Shown: positions 52,698-62,578, counted from the stretch's first letter. The stretch is DNA of 64,000 bases from Candidatus Nomurabacteria bacterium GW2011_GWE1_32_28 (GCA_000989515.1 LBOM01000004.1:56149-120148); one strand, 5' to 3'. Numbers and translations: made by a program. Notes: generated from the letters alone by a model not told the origin.

Positions 52698-53375
52698 TTA
52701 TTTTACCTTTTTCATTATAAAAAGATATTTAAATCCTCTTAGATAGAAATTATATTGTCTTGCTCTTTCGTGCCAAATTCCTGTGTTTGATGTTTGATTA
52801 TGCCGAGTTAAACAAATCATATCAATAGTTTCAAAATATTTTTCTAACCTTTGCCACATTAAAAAACCAACAGGTGTAAATTTCTTTTTAACCCACTGAT
52901 CAGCAATAACCCAACCTACTACTTTACCTTGTTTTAAAACTCTTGCAATTTCACTAGCTGTTTTTTCTAACTCATCATAAAATTCAGTTTTTTCGCAAGA
53001 AATTTTACCAATACATTCTTTATTATCAGAATAATTTATATTATCAGAATAAGGTGAATCAATAAAAACAAAATCAACAGAATTATCTTCAAGTGGAATT
53101 TTACGAGAATCATTTTTTATTATTTCTGGTCTTGTGACATTTATATCATAACCAACAACTCTTCTCTTTAATTCATTTGCAACATCAATAGTCGTTCCAC
53201 TTCCACACATTGGATCAACAACTAAATCCCCTTCTTTTGTATATCGTTGAAGTAAATTCCAAATTACTAATGCTGGAGTAACTCCATTGTATTTGTTATT
53301 TCCATGAGACTTATTGCCATAATTTTGTGTAGGAAAATCCCAAAGCGTTGTTGATTCAATTTTTAAATCATTCAT
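52698..53375 (-). CDS. DNA methyltransferase (N4-cytosine or N6-adenine, gamma-like motif order)
   Basis: motif I VVDPMCGSGTT; motif IV FIDSPY. Confidence 0.75.
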   Translation of the reverse strand: MNDLKIESTTLWDFPTQNYGNKSHGNNKYNGVTPALVIWNLLQRYTKEGDLVVDPMCGSGTTIDVANELKRRVVGYDINVTRPEIIKNDSRKIPLEDNSVDFVFIDSPYSDNINYSDNKECIGKISCEKTEFYDELEKTASEIARVLKQGKVVGWVIADQWVKKKFTPVGFLMWQRLEKYFETIDMICLTRHNQTSNTGIWHERARQYNFYLRGFKYLFIMKKVK

Positions 53376-53378
53376 AGA

Positions 53379-54047
53379 TTACTTTAAAAGTTTTTTTAAA
53401 TCAACAATAAATTTATCAAACATTTTTACTTTATTACTTTCTTCTATATTAGTTTCACTTAAAACATAACTTCCATCAGTATCTGTCTCAACAATCGCTC
53501 TACCTTTCTTTGTTGGTTTTTTAATAGTCAATGTTCCATCTTCGTCAGGGGTTACAAAATAAACTTTTATATGTTTAGTCGCCTCATCAGAAGCAAGTTT
53601 CATTTTCCAATAACCAGTTTGAGCAATTCTCTCTCTTAATGTAACCTTACTCGACAAAACTGCAACAACCTTACTTGTTTTTGGATTATAAATAATCAAA
53701 TCAACATCAGGTAAATGAGAACCAAATTCTCCATAATCAACGATTAAATTTCTTTTTACTAAACTTAATTCTTTTGACAAATTAACACTATTCGTCCGTT
53801 CTAAACTATTACCATTTATAACAATAAGTCCAAGTGCTTGAACTTCATCATTTATAATATGTTCAATTAACTTTTCTAAATTTTTACCCTTAAAAGCACG
53901 CCAAGATTGTTCATGGTCATTACCAACAAAATCTTTACCATGTTGTTCTTTTGCTTCTTTTAATAAATTAGAAATATGCCTATATGTTTCTATTCCATAC
54001 TTTTTCTTTTTTATTTCATAAATTTTTATAAGATCATTTATTGTCAT
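53379..54047 (-). CDS. putative type II restriction endonuclease
   Basis: 222-aa ORF nested between two MTases; possible PD-(D/E)xK elements PDVDLIIY..LSSKVTLRER; no recognisable family. Confidence 0.4.
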   Translation of the reverse strand: MTINDLIKIYEIKKKKYGIETYRHISNLLKEAKEQHGKDFVGNDHEQSWRAFKGKNLEKLIEHIINDEVQALGLIVINGNSLERTNSVNLSKELSLVKRNLIVDYGEFGSHLPDVDLIIYNPKTSKVVAVLSSKVTLRERIAQTGYWKMKLASDEATKHIKVYFVTPDEDGTLTIKKPTKKGRAIVETDTDGSYVLSETNIEESNKVKMFDKFIVDLKKLLK

Positions 54048-54051
54048 AATT

Positions 54052-55323
54052 TTATTTTTCCATTACTAAAATATATTCTGTAGGATAAGCAAAAACCTTA
54101 TTTTTATCGGTTATCCGAGCAAATTTTCCTGTTTTCTCATCTCGAACAGAAGGTAAATTTTTTGATGGTATTTCTCTTTTAATAATATCAACCACTTTTA
54201 ATCCTAAATTTTGTAATTGTTCAACAAAAACTTCTGCATTAAGAATATCAACACCGATTAAACTTGTATTTCCCACAACAATACAAGTTTTACCACCCTT
54301 TTTTAATACTCTTTTCATTTCAACAAAAACTTGATTCATTTCGCTAAAATAAGTTGAAACTTCTTCAGCAGTTTTTTTATGTTTTATTAAAAGATCACTT
54401 CTTATTTTTTCAGCAAGCTTACTATTTAAAACTAAATCTTTTTTACTATGATATGAAGTCCCAATAAATCTTTTACGAAAATCACTTAAATCCTTTGTGT
54501 GTTCCAGCCATAATGCTGTTAATTGATGCAAGTCTGCATATTCATAAGAAGTAACATATGGTGGAGATGTAACAATTAAATCTACACTTCCATTTTTTAC
54601 TGGAATAGTTCTTGCATCTGTACAAACCACCTTACTAGAAATTTTTAAATAACCTTTTTTTGATAATAATTCAAACAGTTCAGCGTTACCACGTAACATC
54701 ATTTTTGTTTGTCTCAAAAATGTTTTAATTGGTTCTGATGGTTCTTTCCCAAAATCTCTTGTTGGTTTATTACTCTTTTGTAGCCAGATTGAACAATTTT
54801 TAAGAATATTTGAAAATCCACAAAAGAAAAAATCTTGAACATCCTGATCTTTAACTTTTATTATTTTAGAAAAAATAAACGCTAACCTCCTTTTTTCTTC
54901 TGCTTTAAACCAATAATCAATTCTTTCATGAGTGGGAACTTTTACTTTTATGTCTTTGTTATATTTTTCTAATTTCTTTTTTAATATTTCAAATTCTTTT
55001 TCAATTTTAATTGGATTTATTGGGGTAATTTTAGCTTTTGTTATCAAGACAGCTACAGGATTAATATCAACCGCTATTGAATATCTTCCCATAATTTTAG
55101 ATTCAATAATAGTTGTGCCACAACCACCAAATGGATCAACTATAAAATCACCCTTCTTTGTATATTTTTCTGCCAAACGAGAAACTATTTGTGGAATAAA
55201 TTTTGCAGGATAACGATGATACCCATGTGTAATGTAAGAAGTTTCTTTTCTTGTTTTATCAGAAAATGACCAAGATTTATCAATTTTTATTTTATTTAAT
55301 ATAGAAATTACAGATTGACTCAT
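54052..55323 (-). CDS. DNA methyltransferase (SPPY motif, alpha-like motif order; possibly N4-cytosine)
   Basis: HGYHRYPAKFIPQ..IVDPFGGCGTT (motifs X-I); IVTSPPY (motif IV). Confidence 0.75.
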   Translation of the reverse strand: MSQSVISILNKIKIDKSWSFSDKTRKETSYITHGYHRYPAKFIPQIVSRLAEKYTKKGDFIVDPFGGCGTTIIESKIMGRYSIAVDINPVAVLITKAKITPINPIKIEKEFEILKKKLEKYNKDIKVKVPTHERIDYWFKAEEKRRLAFIFSKIIKVKDQDVQDFFFCGFSNILKNCSIWLQKSNKPTRDFGKEPSEPIKTFLRQTKMMLRGNAELFELLSKKGYLKISSKVVCTDARTIPVKNGSVDLIVTSPPYVTSYEYADLHQLTALWLEHTKDLSDFRKRFIGTSYHSKKDLVLNSKLAEKIRSDLLIKHKKTAEEVSTYFSEMNQVFVEMKRVLKKGGKTCIVVGNTSLIGVDILNAEVFVEQLQNLGLKVVDIIKREIPSKNLPSVRDEKTGKFARITDKNKVFAYPTEYILVMEK

Positions 55324-55366
55324 TTAGTTATTCTAGCATTTTTTAGTCTTAAAAAGAAACACAAAT

Positions 55367-57145
55367 TTAACGTATCTGCCAACTTGAATTTTTGCTTATA
55401 TTGTTGCTTATTTTAACCATAATTTCTTCTACTTCTTCGGCTTTTAGTGTTCTTTCAAAAGATTGAAAAACAAGCCTAAAAGCATATGATGTTTTCCTAT
55501 CTTTTGTGAAAGAATCAAATAAATAAGGTTCTTTTATTAACAAATCTGTGCCATTTTCTATAAGTATTTGTTTCAACTTATCTCCATTCTCTCCTTCTGG
55601 CATCCATACAGCAACATCACGAGAGATAAATGGATAAACTGACCATGGTTTAAAAGCAGATTTAGACTCATAATTTTTAGTTTCTAATTTAAAATCAGAA
55701 TTAATATCTTTACAAAATTCTTCCAAACTTATTTCTTTTATTTCCTTCTTTTCATTATAAGCAACATGTATTTCCTCTCCATTTTTGTTAAAAATAGTTC
55801 CAATTTCAAAAATCTTTATTTCCTTCATCTCAAGCAATGGTGCATTCAATTGATTTAATTTTAAACTTTCTTTTAATCCATCAGATAAATTTGTTCTTAA
55901 AAAATTCTTATCTGAAGCTGAGGCAAGTACTTCTACTTTTCCTTCATTTCTAAATGAATATGTCATAACTTCACTATATCCATCATTTAAAAGTTTATTT
56001 CTTGCTACAGAAATATTATAAAATTTTTCATTTATCTTAGGGACCCATTCTATTTTAGGCAATTTACCTTCTATTCTTTCATATCCCAAAATTTTAATTA
56101 CATCCTCAACTAAATCATGTTGACCAATTATGTCCATACGCAATAATGGAACTAAAATTTTAAATTCACCATTCTCTTCTTCGTATTCAAAACCAAGTTT
56201 TTCCCAAACACTTTCAATCTCCTCTTTTAAGAAATAAGTGCCTAGTCTTTTATTTATATATTCTACTGATACAAAAACAATATTTTGTTTTAATTTTTTA
56301 GGATAAATATCAACAATCTCCTCCGCATTACCACCAGCTATATCAAGAATCAAATTTGTTATCTTGTCCATGGTCTGAGTGCAAAGCTCTGGAGATATTT
56401 CATTTTCATATCTTTTAACAGCATCAGTCAAAATTCCAATCTTCTTTGAAGCTTTTCTAGTAGAAATAGCATCAAAATTAGCAACTTCTATTATTATATT
56501 CTTTGTATTATTATCTACCTCAGCCTTCATTCCACCTTTTATACCAGCTATAGCTAATATATCTCTCTTGTCTGCGATTACTAAAATAGATTCATCTAAA
56601 TTAATTTCTTTTTTGTCTAAAGTGGTGATTCTCTCCTCAGATTTTCCATTCCGAATAATTATTTCTTCACTCTCTAATTTATCTAGATCAAAACAATGAA
56701 TAGGTTGACCTATATCAAACATCACAAAATTAGCAGCGTCTACAATATTATTTATTGATTTTTGACCTATCGTTTCTAGTCTATTTTTTAACCAAACAGG
56801 ACTTTTATCTATCTTTACATCTTTAACAACTCTACCCATATAACGAAGGCATTTTTCTGACTCAATTTTAATATTTAAATTAGTTGAAGCTGTTTTAAAA
56901 TCCTTGTATTTTTTTTCTTTTAATTTCAAATTAAAAATAGCACTTATTTCTTTTGCTATTCCCCAATGTGAAAGACAATCATGTGCTCTATCTGGTAAAA
57001 CTTTTACATCAAAGACAATATCGTCGCCTATTTTACCTAAACTTTCTACTTCAAAAGAATGAAAAATAATACCCTCAGATAATTTTTCTGGATCTGGTAA
57101 TTTTTCTTCAAAATAATTTTGTAACCAATTATAACTAATTTTCAT
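55367..57145 (-). CDS. pheT: phenylalanyl-tRNA synthetase beta subunit (short form)
   Basis: B3/4 and B5 domains, FDAISTRKASKKIGILTDAVKRYEN, C-terminal catalytic-like domain. Confidence 0.85.
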   Translation of the reverse strand: MKISYNWLQNYFEEKLPDPEKLSEGIIFHSFEVESLGKIGDDIVFDVKVLPDRAHDCLSHWGIAKEISAIFNLKLKEKKYKDFKTASTNLNIKIESEKCLRYMGRVVKDVKIDKSPVWLKNRLETIGQKSINNIVDAANFVMFDIGQPIHCFDLDKLESEEIIIRNGKSEERITTLDKKEINLDESILVIADKRDILAIAGIKGGMKAEVDNNTKNIIIEVANFDAISTRKASKKIGILTDAVKRYENEISPELCTQTMDKITNLILDIAGGNAEEIVDIYPKKLKQNIVFVSVEYINKRLGTYFLKEEIESVWEKLGFEYEEENGEFKILVPLLRMDIIGQHDLVEDVIKILGYERIEGKLPKIEWVPKINEKFYNISVARNKLLNDGYSEVMTYSFRNEGKVEVLASASDKNFLRTNLSDGLKESLKLNQLNAPLLEMKEIKIFEIGTIFNKNGEEIHVAYNEKKEIKEISLEEFCKDINSDFKLETKNYESKSAFKPWSVYPFISRDVAVWMPEGENGDKLKQILIENGTDLLIKEPYLFDSFTKDRKTSYAFRLVFQSFERTLKAEEVEEIMVKISNNISKNSSWQIR

Positions 57146-57147
57146 AT

Positions 57148-57858
57148 CTAAAATTGATTAAACCTTAAATCTCCTTGATAAGCTGGACGAATATCTGGCA
57201 TCCCATATTTAATTACCATAAGTCTCTCAAGACCTGGACCAAATGCAAAACCTTGATATTTTAGAGAATCGATCCCACAATTTTTCAATACATTTGGATG
57301 TACCATACCAGCACCACCCATCTCAAGCCATTTACCATTAAACTTTAAATCAAATTCAATTGAAGGTTCAGTAAAAGGAAAAAAACTGGGACGAAATCGT
57401 AATTCAATCTCTTCACCTAACATTTTTTTATAAAAATAAGAAAGAACTCCCTTTAAATGAGCCATATCTATGTCTTCCCCTATCATAAGTCCTTCGATTT
57501 GATAAAATTGCATTTCATGTGTCGCGTCAGTAGCTTCATTTCTAAAACATTTTCCAGGAGCTATGATTGCAAAAGGTGGATTACCACCAGATTTGACTAA
57601 ATCTTCCATGTATCTAATTTGAACATTTGAAGTATGAGTTCTTAAAACTTTCCCTTTCTCTCCTTTAATATAAAAAGTGTCTTGCATTTCACGAGCTGGA
57701 TGATCTTTAGGAATATTCAATGCATCAAAATTATGCCATATATCTTCTAACTCTGGACCAGTGGCAATTTCAAAACCGAGTTCAGTAAAAATCTTTACTG
57801 CTTCATTTATGATTATTGAAAGTGGATGTTCCCTGCCTTTTTTCTCTTCGTTTTCCAT
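57148..57858 (-). CDS. pheS: phenylalanyl-tRNA synthetase alpha subunit (short form)
   Basis: HPAREMQDTFYI, class II motifs 2 and 3 (FRPSFFPFTEPS, GAGMVHPNVL). Confidence 0.85.
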   Translation of the reverse strand: MENEEKKGREHPLSIIINEAVKIFTELGFEIATGPELEDIWHNFDALNIPKDHPAREMQDTFYIKGEKGKVLRTHTSNVQIRYMEDLVKSGGNPPFAIIAPGKCFRNEATDATHEMQFYQIEGLMIGEDIDMAHLKGVLSYFYKKMLGEEIELRFRPSFFPFTEPSIEFDLKFNGKWLEMGGAGMVHPNVLKNCGIDSLKYQGFAFGPGLERLMVIKYGMPDIRPAYQGDLRFNQF

Positions 57859-58005
57859 TTAGAAAATATATCACAAAAAATAGCTTTTTCCCAATATTTG
57901 CTATAATAAATATATGAAAAAAACTGAGTGGATTTTAATCATCTTAATAATTTTATTTGCCTTAATAGGTCTTTATTTTGGTTGGTTAGATAATGGCAAT
58001 AGTTT

Positions 58006-59499
58006 TTAATCTAATTCATTTAAGTGCTTCCAGATAGCATACATAGCATATGTATCAAGCTTACAATAAGTCTTTAAATGTTGAATCTTTTCCAGCTTCT
58101 CTTCTTTTGAATATACATCACTAACGATTTTATTCCATGTATCTGAAGCAGAAGCACCTTCTTGTATATCAAGAACCTTGTAAGACAACTCTGGAGCAAG
58201 TATAGGCAATATATATTTAATTGATGTTTTGCCTTTAAATTTAGGATGAACAAAATATTGATTAGAAAAAATATCCATAAGATCAATCATCCGAGAATTT
58301 ATATCTTCTAATGCTATTTTATATTCAGGATTTCTTTTGGCTAAATCTTTATTTCTTCCCATCTCAAAACTTTTATTCCAAACAATAATAGACCCACTCT
58401 TAGGTAATTTCTCTATAAGAGCTGAAATAAATTCTTCATCTCCATTTTCGTTTTTAGTAAAAATAAATTCAGAATGTTCTGGCTCTTTATTTTTATCCGA
58501 AAGTACATGTAAAGAAAACTGAAATGTTATTTGATTAAAAGGACTAAAGCCAACAAACCTTGGGACGCCAGCTGCAAAAGTTTCATAATCTAAAAAAGAT
58601 AGTGGCATAACCATAGTATTGAGAAAACTTTTAATCTCTTCTTTTTTTATAAAAATTTTATCCAATTGTGTAGCTAATACCTGATTCCTCTGTTTTTCAC
58701 TTAAAGGAAAATCTTCCGGTACGTCTTCAATAAGAAGAATATTGCTATCAATTAATTCTGTAAGTTTACTTTTTGACATTCCAATACGAGAAATATCATG
58801 GACACTATAATCAGGAACTTGCGGGTTTGAATAAGAAAAAGTCGTACAATGAGAGCTTCTACCTCTCGTAATACATTTACAAGAACCAAATGGTTCTTTA
58901 TTGGAAGATAGAAGATCATAAGCAGTTTTCATTTCTAAAGATACACCATCAACTACATTCATAACTTTTTCTGTAAAATCTTCTTTTAAAAAAAGTTGGT
59001 CTATATCAAGCTCAGCTCCTCTCACATATTGATTATTAAATCTTATAACAAATAATTTACCTAATGGAATATTTAATTCTTTTAAAACTAAATATTGGAA
59101 AGCTATGTCATAACTATAAAGTTTATCTTTAGCACTTTTATCTTCTCCACTATTAGAAGCCTTAACTTCATATAGGTCGTAGACATTAAAGTCTTTATTC
59201 CAAACTAAAATATCACAGATTGTTTTATATAAATCTGTTTCAAATACAGGTTGATATATTACAGGAGTTTTGGATTTTAAAAGCTTTATTGTTTCTTCTG
59301 TCTCATTTCTATCAGAAACCAAAACACCATTTGGAAATAATTCCCTAGCTAACGTATCAACTTCATTACCAGTTTCTATTATACTTTGATCAAATGCAGA
59401 TAAAGGTTTATCAAAATATATGTCTGGTTTATGTACTTTCAACCAAGCATTCTTTTCACAATCTCTATATATAAGATAATCAGTTTTGGTTAATTTCAT
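58006..59499 (-). CDS. DUF2779 family protein (predicted PD-(D/E)xK/Cas4-like nuclease N-terminus)
   Basis: MKLTKTDYLIYRDCEKNAWLKVHKPDIY..GNEVDTLARELFPNGVLV matches the DUF2779 N-terminal signature. Confidence 0.65.
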   Translation of the reverse strand: MKLTKTDYLIYRDCEKNAWLKVHKPDIYFDKPLSAFDQSIIETGNEVDTLARELFPNGVLVSDRNETEETIKLLKSKTPVIYQPVFETDLYKTICDILVWNKDFNVYDLYEVKASNSGEDKSAKDKLYSYDIAFQYLVLKELNIPLGKLFVIRFNNQYVRGAELDIDQLFLKEDFTEKVMNVVDGVSLEMKTAYDLLSSNKEPFGSCKCITRGRSSHCTTFSYSNPQVPDYSVHDISRIGMSKSKLTELIDSNILLIEDVPEDFPLSEKQRNQVLATQLDKIFIKKEEIKSFLNTMVMPLSFLDYETFAAGVPRFVGFSPFNQITFQFSLHVLSDKNKEPEHSEFIFTKNENGDEEFISALIEKLPKSGSIIVWNKSFEMGRNKDLAKRNPEYKIALEDINSRMIDLMDIFSNQYFVHPKFKGKTSIKYILPILAPELSYKVLDIQEGASASDTWNKIVSDVYSKEEKLEKIQHLKTYCKLDTYAMYAIWKHLNELD

Positions 59500-59515
59500 A
59501 CTGATTAATTAAATA

Positions 59516-59914
59516 TTATTCTGTAGTTATCCCATCAAATTCTTCTTCACTAGCTATCGCTTCTTCTTTTGTAGCTCTGACAATAGCATCTTTATGATGA
59601 GCAGGAGAATAAATGGTGTAAAGTTTTAAATCTTCGGTATTAGATGTATTAATAATATTATGCTCTGCGCCAGCAGGAACAACAATAGCTGAACCATCTA
59701 CAACAATATATTCATTACCATTTATGAGACATTTCCCTTCTCCTTTTTCGAAACGGAAAAATTGATCATTATCAGCATGAATTTCCATTCCTATGTCTTC
59801 GTTTGGTTTCAAACTCATTAAAACTAATTGACTATGTTTGCCTGTGTATAAAACTTTACGAAAATTTGCATTTTCTAATGTCTCTTTTTCTATGTTTGTA
59901 TTAAATCCTTTCAT
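59516..59914 (-). CDS. cupin-domain protein
   Basis: GMEIHADNDQFFRFEKGEG..IVVPAGAEHNIIN two-His cupin motifs. Confidence 0.6.
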   Translation of the reverse strand: MKGFNTNIEKETLENANFRKVLYTGKHSQLVLMSLKPNEDIGMEIHADNDQFFRFEKGEGKCLINGNEYIVVDGSAIVVPAGAEHNIINTSNTEDLKLYTIYSPAHHKDAIVRATKEEAIASEEEFDGITTE

Positions 59915-59962
59915 AACATTTATTATATAATTTATTGGTAATATTTATGACCTATCTTAATT

Positions 59963-60700
59963 TTAACATATTTTTGTTCTTTTTATTGAAAAAGCTAAAG
60001 CTGGAATTTTAAGCTTGTTTCCAAGACTATTTGCAATAGTTCTGACATAAGTTCCACTACTACATTTTATTTTAAAACTAGCTACTAAATAGACGTTCTT
60101 TTCTGAAACTACTAATTTTTCTTTCCATATTTTTAAAATTTTATCTTGTCTAAAATCCCCCTTAACTTTTTTTACTCTTTTTTCTATATTCTTAAATAAT
60201 TTTTGATTATTTATTTTTCTAATTTTTTCTAATTTTAATTTTTTTATAAAAATCTTTCTTTCTGGTACTTCAACATCTTCTCCTTTTCTTGCATAAACAA
60301 ACAATGGCTTACCTTTTACTGTCTTCGAAGAATACATAGGATACAGTTGTACACTTTCACCAATAAAACTTTTTAAATTTTTCTTTATTTCTCTTTCTAA
60401 TTCATAATTCGTAATTGTTAATTCGTAATTGTTAATTACTTTTCCTAAAATATCATATGTATCTGTATTAAAACCAAACAAAACTTCAAAATCATATTCC
60501 TTCTCTAGTGCTAAATATTTTTCTTTATTTTTTGTTTCATCTCCCGTAAGTACTAATAAAATACCACTAGCCATTGGGTCAAGTCTTCCAGCATAAGTCA
60601 TTTTTATATCTTTATACTCTTTATTTTTTATACGAAAATTCTCCAAAGCTTCTAAGGGAGTTTCTCCTTCTTTTTTATTTAATCTAATTACTTTTTTCAT
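59963..60700 (-). CDS. truB: tRNA pseudouridine55 synthase
   Basis: AGRLDPMASGILLVL catalytic Asp motif; contains a tandem 14-nt repeat. Confidence 0.8.
   Translation of the reverse strand: MKKVIRLNKKEGETPLEALENFRIKNKEYKDIKMTYAGRLDPMASGILLVLTGDETKNKEKYLALEKEYDFEVLFGFNTDTYDILGKVINNYELTITNYELEREIKKNLKSFIGESVQLYPMYSSKTVKGKPLFVYARKGEDVEVPERKIFIKKLKLEKIRKINNQKLFKNIEKRVKKVKGDFRQDKILKIWKEKLVVSEKNVYLVASFKIKCSSGTYVRTIANSLGNKLKIPALAFSIKRTKIC
60399..60439. repeat. tandem 14-nt repeat (attcgtaattgtta)2 inside truB; its 21-mer core is identical to 13177-13197
   Basis: gtaattgttaattcgtaattg occurs at 60411-60431 and at 13177-13197 (intergenic). Confidence 0.5.
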
Positions 60701-61509
60701 TAAAGCACTGCTTTTAACTCTTTAATTATTTTTTCTGTTTCAATTTCTCCATTCTTGACTAAGTCTGTAGCGATGTTGCTTCTAAAGTAATCTCTAAAAC
60801 TTTTTATACCAATATTGGGTGTGTAGGGTTCAATCACAAAATCAGAAGATGAAGTAGAATATCGTGATAAATGATAACGTAATATATTAATACTCCTTAT
60901 TGCAGTATTACTTAAACTTTTGTTTTTATCTGTCAAGAATTCCTCGTTTTTTACATAGTTATCTAAATTAACAGATATTACTATATCTGCTCCCATTTTT
61001 CTTACAACATCATCTGGAACTGGGTTACTCAAACCTCCATCTACTAAAATTTTATTATCTATTCTTACTGGAGTAAACAATGTTGGAACAGAAATACTAG
61101 CACGCACTGCAGTAGCTAATTTTCCTTTTTTAAAAACAACAGCCTCACCCGTAACTAGATCTGTAGCAACTATAGCTAAAGGAATTTTGAGATCTTTAAA
61201 ATCAGCATCATTTAACCATCCATTCAATAATTTTTCTAATTTATCACCTTTTATTAAGCCACCACTAAAAGTTGGTTCTAAAAAAGACATAAATTTTTCC
61301 CTTTTCTTTTCTAGGGTATACTCTTCTAAATTTTTTACATCTTTAAAAAGAGAATAATAAGCACCAACCCAAGCACCGATACTAGACCCTGCAATATAAT
61401 CAATAGGTATGTTGTGTTCTAGTAATTTCTTAATCACACCAATATGTGCAAAACCACGTACACCTCCACTACCCAAAACTAATCCTACTTTTTTTCTTTG
61501 TTTTTCCAT
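60700..61509 (-). CDS. patatin-like phospholipase
   Basis: GLVLGSGGVRG (oxyanion), GSSIG (GxSxG), DGG. Confidence 0.8.
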   Translation of the reverse strand: MEKQRKKVGLVLGSGGVRGFAHIGVIKKLLEHNIPIDYIAGSSIGAWVGAYYSLFKDVKNLEEYTLEKKREKFMSFLEPTFSGGLIKGDKLEKLLNGWLNDADFKDLKIPLAIVATDLVTGEAVVFKKGKLATAVRASISVPTLFTPVRIDNKILVDGGLSNPVPDDVVRKMGADIVISVNLDNYVKNEEFLTDKNKSLSNTAIRSINILRYHLSRYSTSSSDFVIEPYTPNIGIKSFRDYFRSNIATDLVKNGEIETEKIIKELKAVL

Positions 61510-61574
61510 ATAGATTTACTTCTTTACCTCTTTATTCACAAAAAGAGTATAACATAAATGTATACTTTTTTGTG

Positions 61575-61750
61575 TTTTGGCGGTGTTTGCTGGACAAAGT
61601 TCGAAACTATTTCGAGCAGAATCCAGAAGAACAAATCTAATAAATGGGCTCGGCAGGGCGAAACAATATTCTCTGGGTTTCGGATTCGCGGGGTCTGGGG
61701 AGGAATCCGCACGGGTCTGAATTCATTTGGCGGGATTGGGGCGGAACATT
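61575..61750. other. GC-rich, stem-loop-rich ~175-nt element of unknown class (candidate structured ncRNA or degenerate mobile element)
   Basis: ~55% GC island in a ~25% GC intergenic region; hairpins cgaaa-cta-tttcg and cggattc-15 nt-gaatccg; duplicated ggtctgg and ttggcgg motifs. Confidence 0.3.
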
Positions 61751-62360
61751 AATAAAAAATATCTCTATCTTTTGTTAAATTAAAATTTATAGAACTTTGT
61801 TCGTTGAAATTTTCTGCTGGATATATTTCAAAAAATGTCCATTGTTGTATGTTTTCTGTATAAACAGAAAACCATATTCTTTCAAAATACCAACTAAACT
61901 TTTTTATCTCTCTATATAATTCTGATATATTAAAATTTTTTTCAACAATTCTTGAAGCTATCAATAAATGACATTGAGGAAAATTTATAAGTCCTTTTTT
62001 ATCAAAAATATGTTGTGCTAGTTTTTTATAATCAATTTTAGAAGAATTATTTTCATGAAAATATAACTCCATTATCTCAACAGGAAAAGCCTCATTGTTT
62101 TTATTATCTAGAAAATAAACATCTGGAGAATCATCAGGATATAAAGTATATTCTTTACCCAACCATTTTTTAATAGATAATGCTAAAAAACTTGCATGAT
62201 ATAACTCTATTAAATTTTTGTTTTTATGCTTATTTTTAAATACTGCTTCAATATTTCCGTTTTCACTATCAACCGCATTTTGAAATAAATTTCTTACCCC
62301 GATAGGGGTATATGCTTTTGATTTTTCTTTATCAAAATTTGGTAAGTAATGATTATCCAT
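61749..62360 (-). CDS. hypothetical protein
   Basis: 203-aa ORF. Confidence 0.5.
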   Translation of the reverse strand: MDNHYLPNFDKEKSKAYTPIGVRNLFQNAVDSENGNIEAVFKNKHKNKNLIELYHASFLALSIKKWLGKEYTLYPDDSPDVYFLDNKNNEAFPVEIMELYFHENNSSKIDYKKLAQHIFDKKGLINFPQCHLLIASRIVEKNFNISELYREIKKFSWYFERIWFSVYTENIQQWTFFEIYPAENFNEQSSINFNLTKDRDIFY

Positions 62361-62563
62361 TATTTATCTATTGATGATATTAATTCTGATAACTTTACTT
62401 TGATTATTTTACCAAAGTGTTCACATCGCCTATTTGTACAATCAAAACTAACTAGATTACCTTTAGACACAGAATCTCCCTCTTTTTTTAAAAACCCATA
62501 AAATCCTATCTGATGTGTTAGATTATTACACTTTTTACAATAAAATTTATATTCTGTATTCAT
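62360..62563 (-). CDS. small zinc-ribbon protein
   Basis: CKKCNN...CTNRRCEHFG. Confidence 0.45.
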   Translation of the reverse strand: MNTEYKFYCKKCNNLTHQIGFYGFLKKEGDSVSKGNLVSFDCTNRRCEHFGKIIKVKLSELISSIDK

Positions 62564-62578
62564 TATAAAGATAAAAAA

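Larger units (their letters stand above)
52661..55415 (-). mobile_element. 2.7-kb restriction-modification cassette (two MTases plus one ORF) inserted at the pheT 3' end and bracketed by 45-bp perfect direct repeats
   Basis: cgtatctgccaacttgaatttttgcttatattgttgcttatttta at 52661-52705 and 55371-55415; copy B encodes the last 12 codons of pheT, copy A recreates ..WQIR-stop and the MTase stop. Confidence 0.5.

Noticed and set aside
61446-61752. Plus-strand ORFs 61446-61640 and 61558-61752 over the GC-rich element
   Set aside because: No start context or codon periodicity; the region is better explained as a structured non-coding element. Also compared by eye with SRP RNA (no GGAAGCAGCC-type domain IV), tmRNA (no tRNA-like 3' end or tag ORF), 6S RNA and cobalamin/TPP riboswitch cores; none fit.
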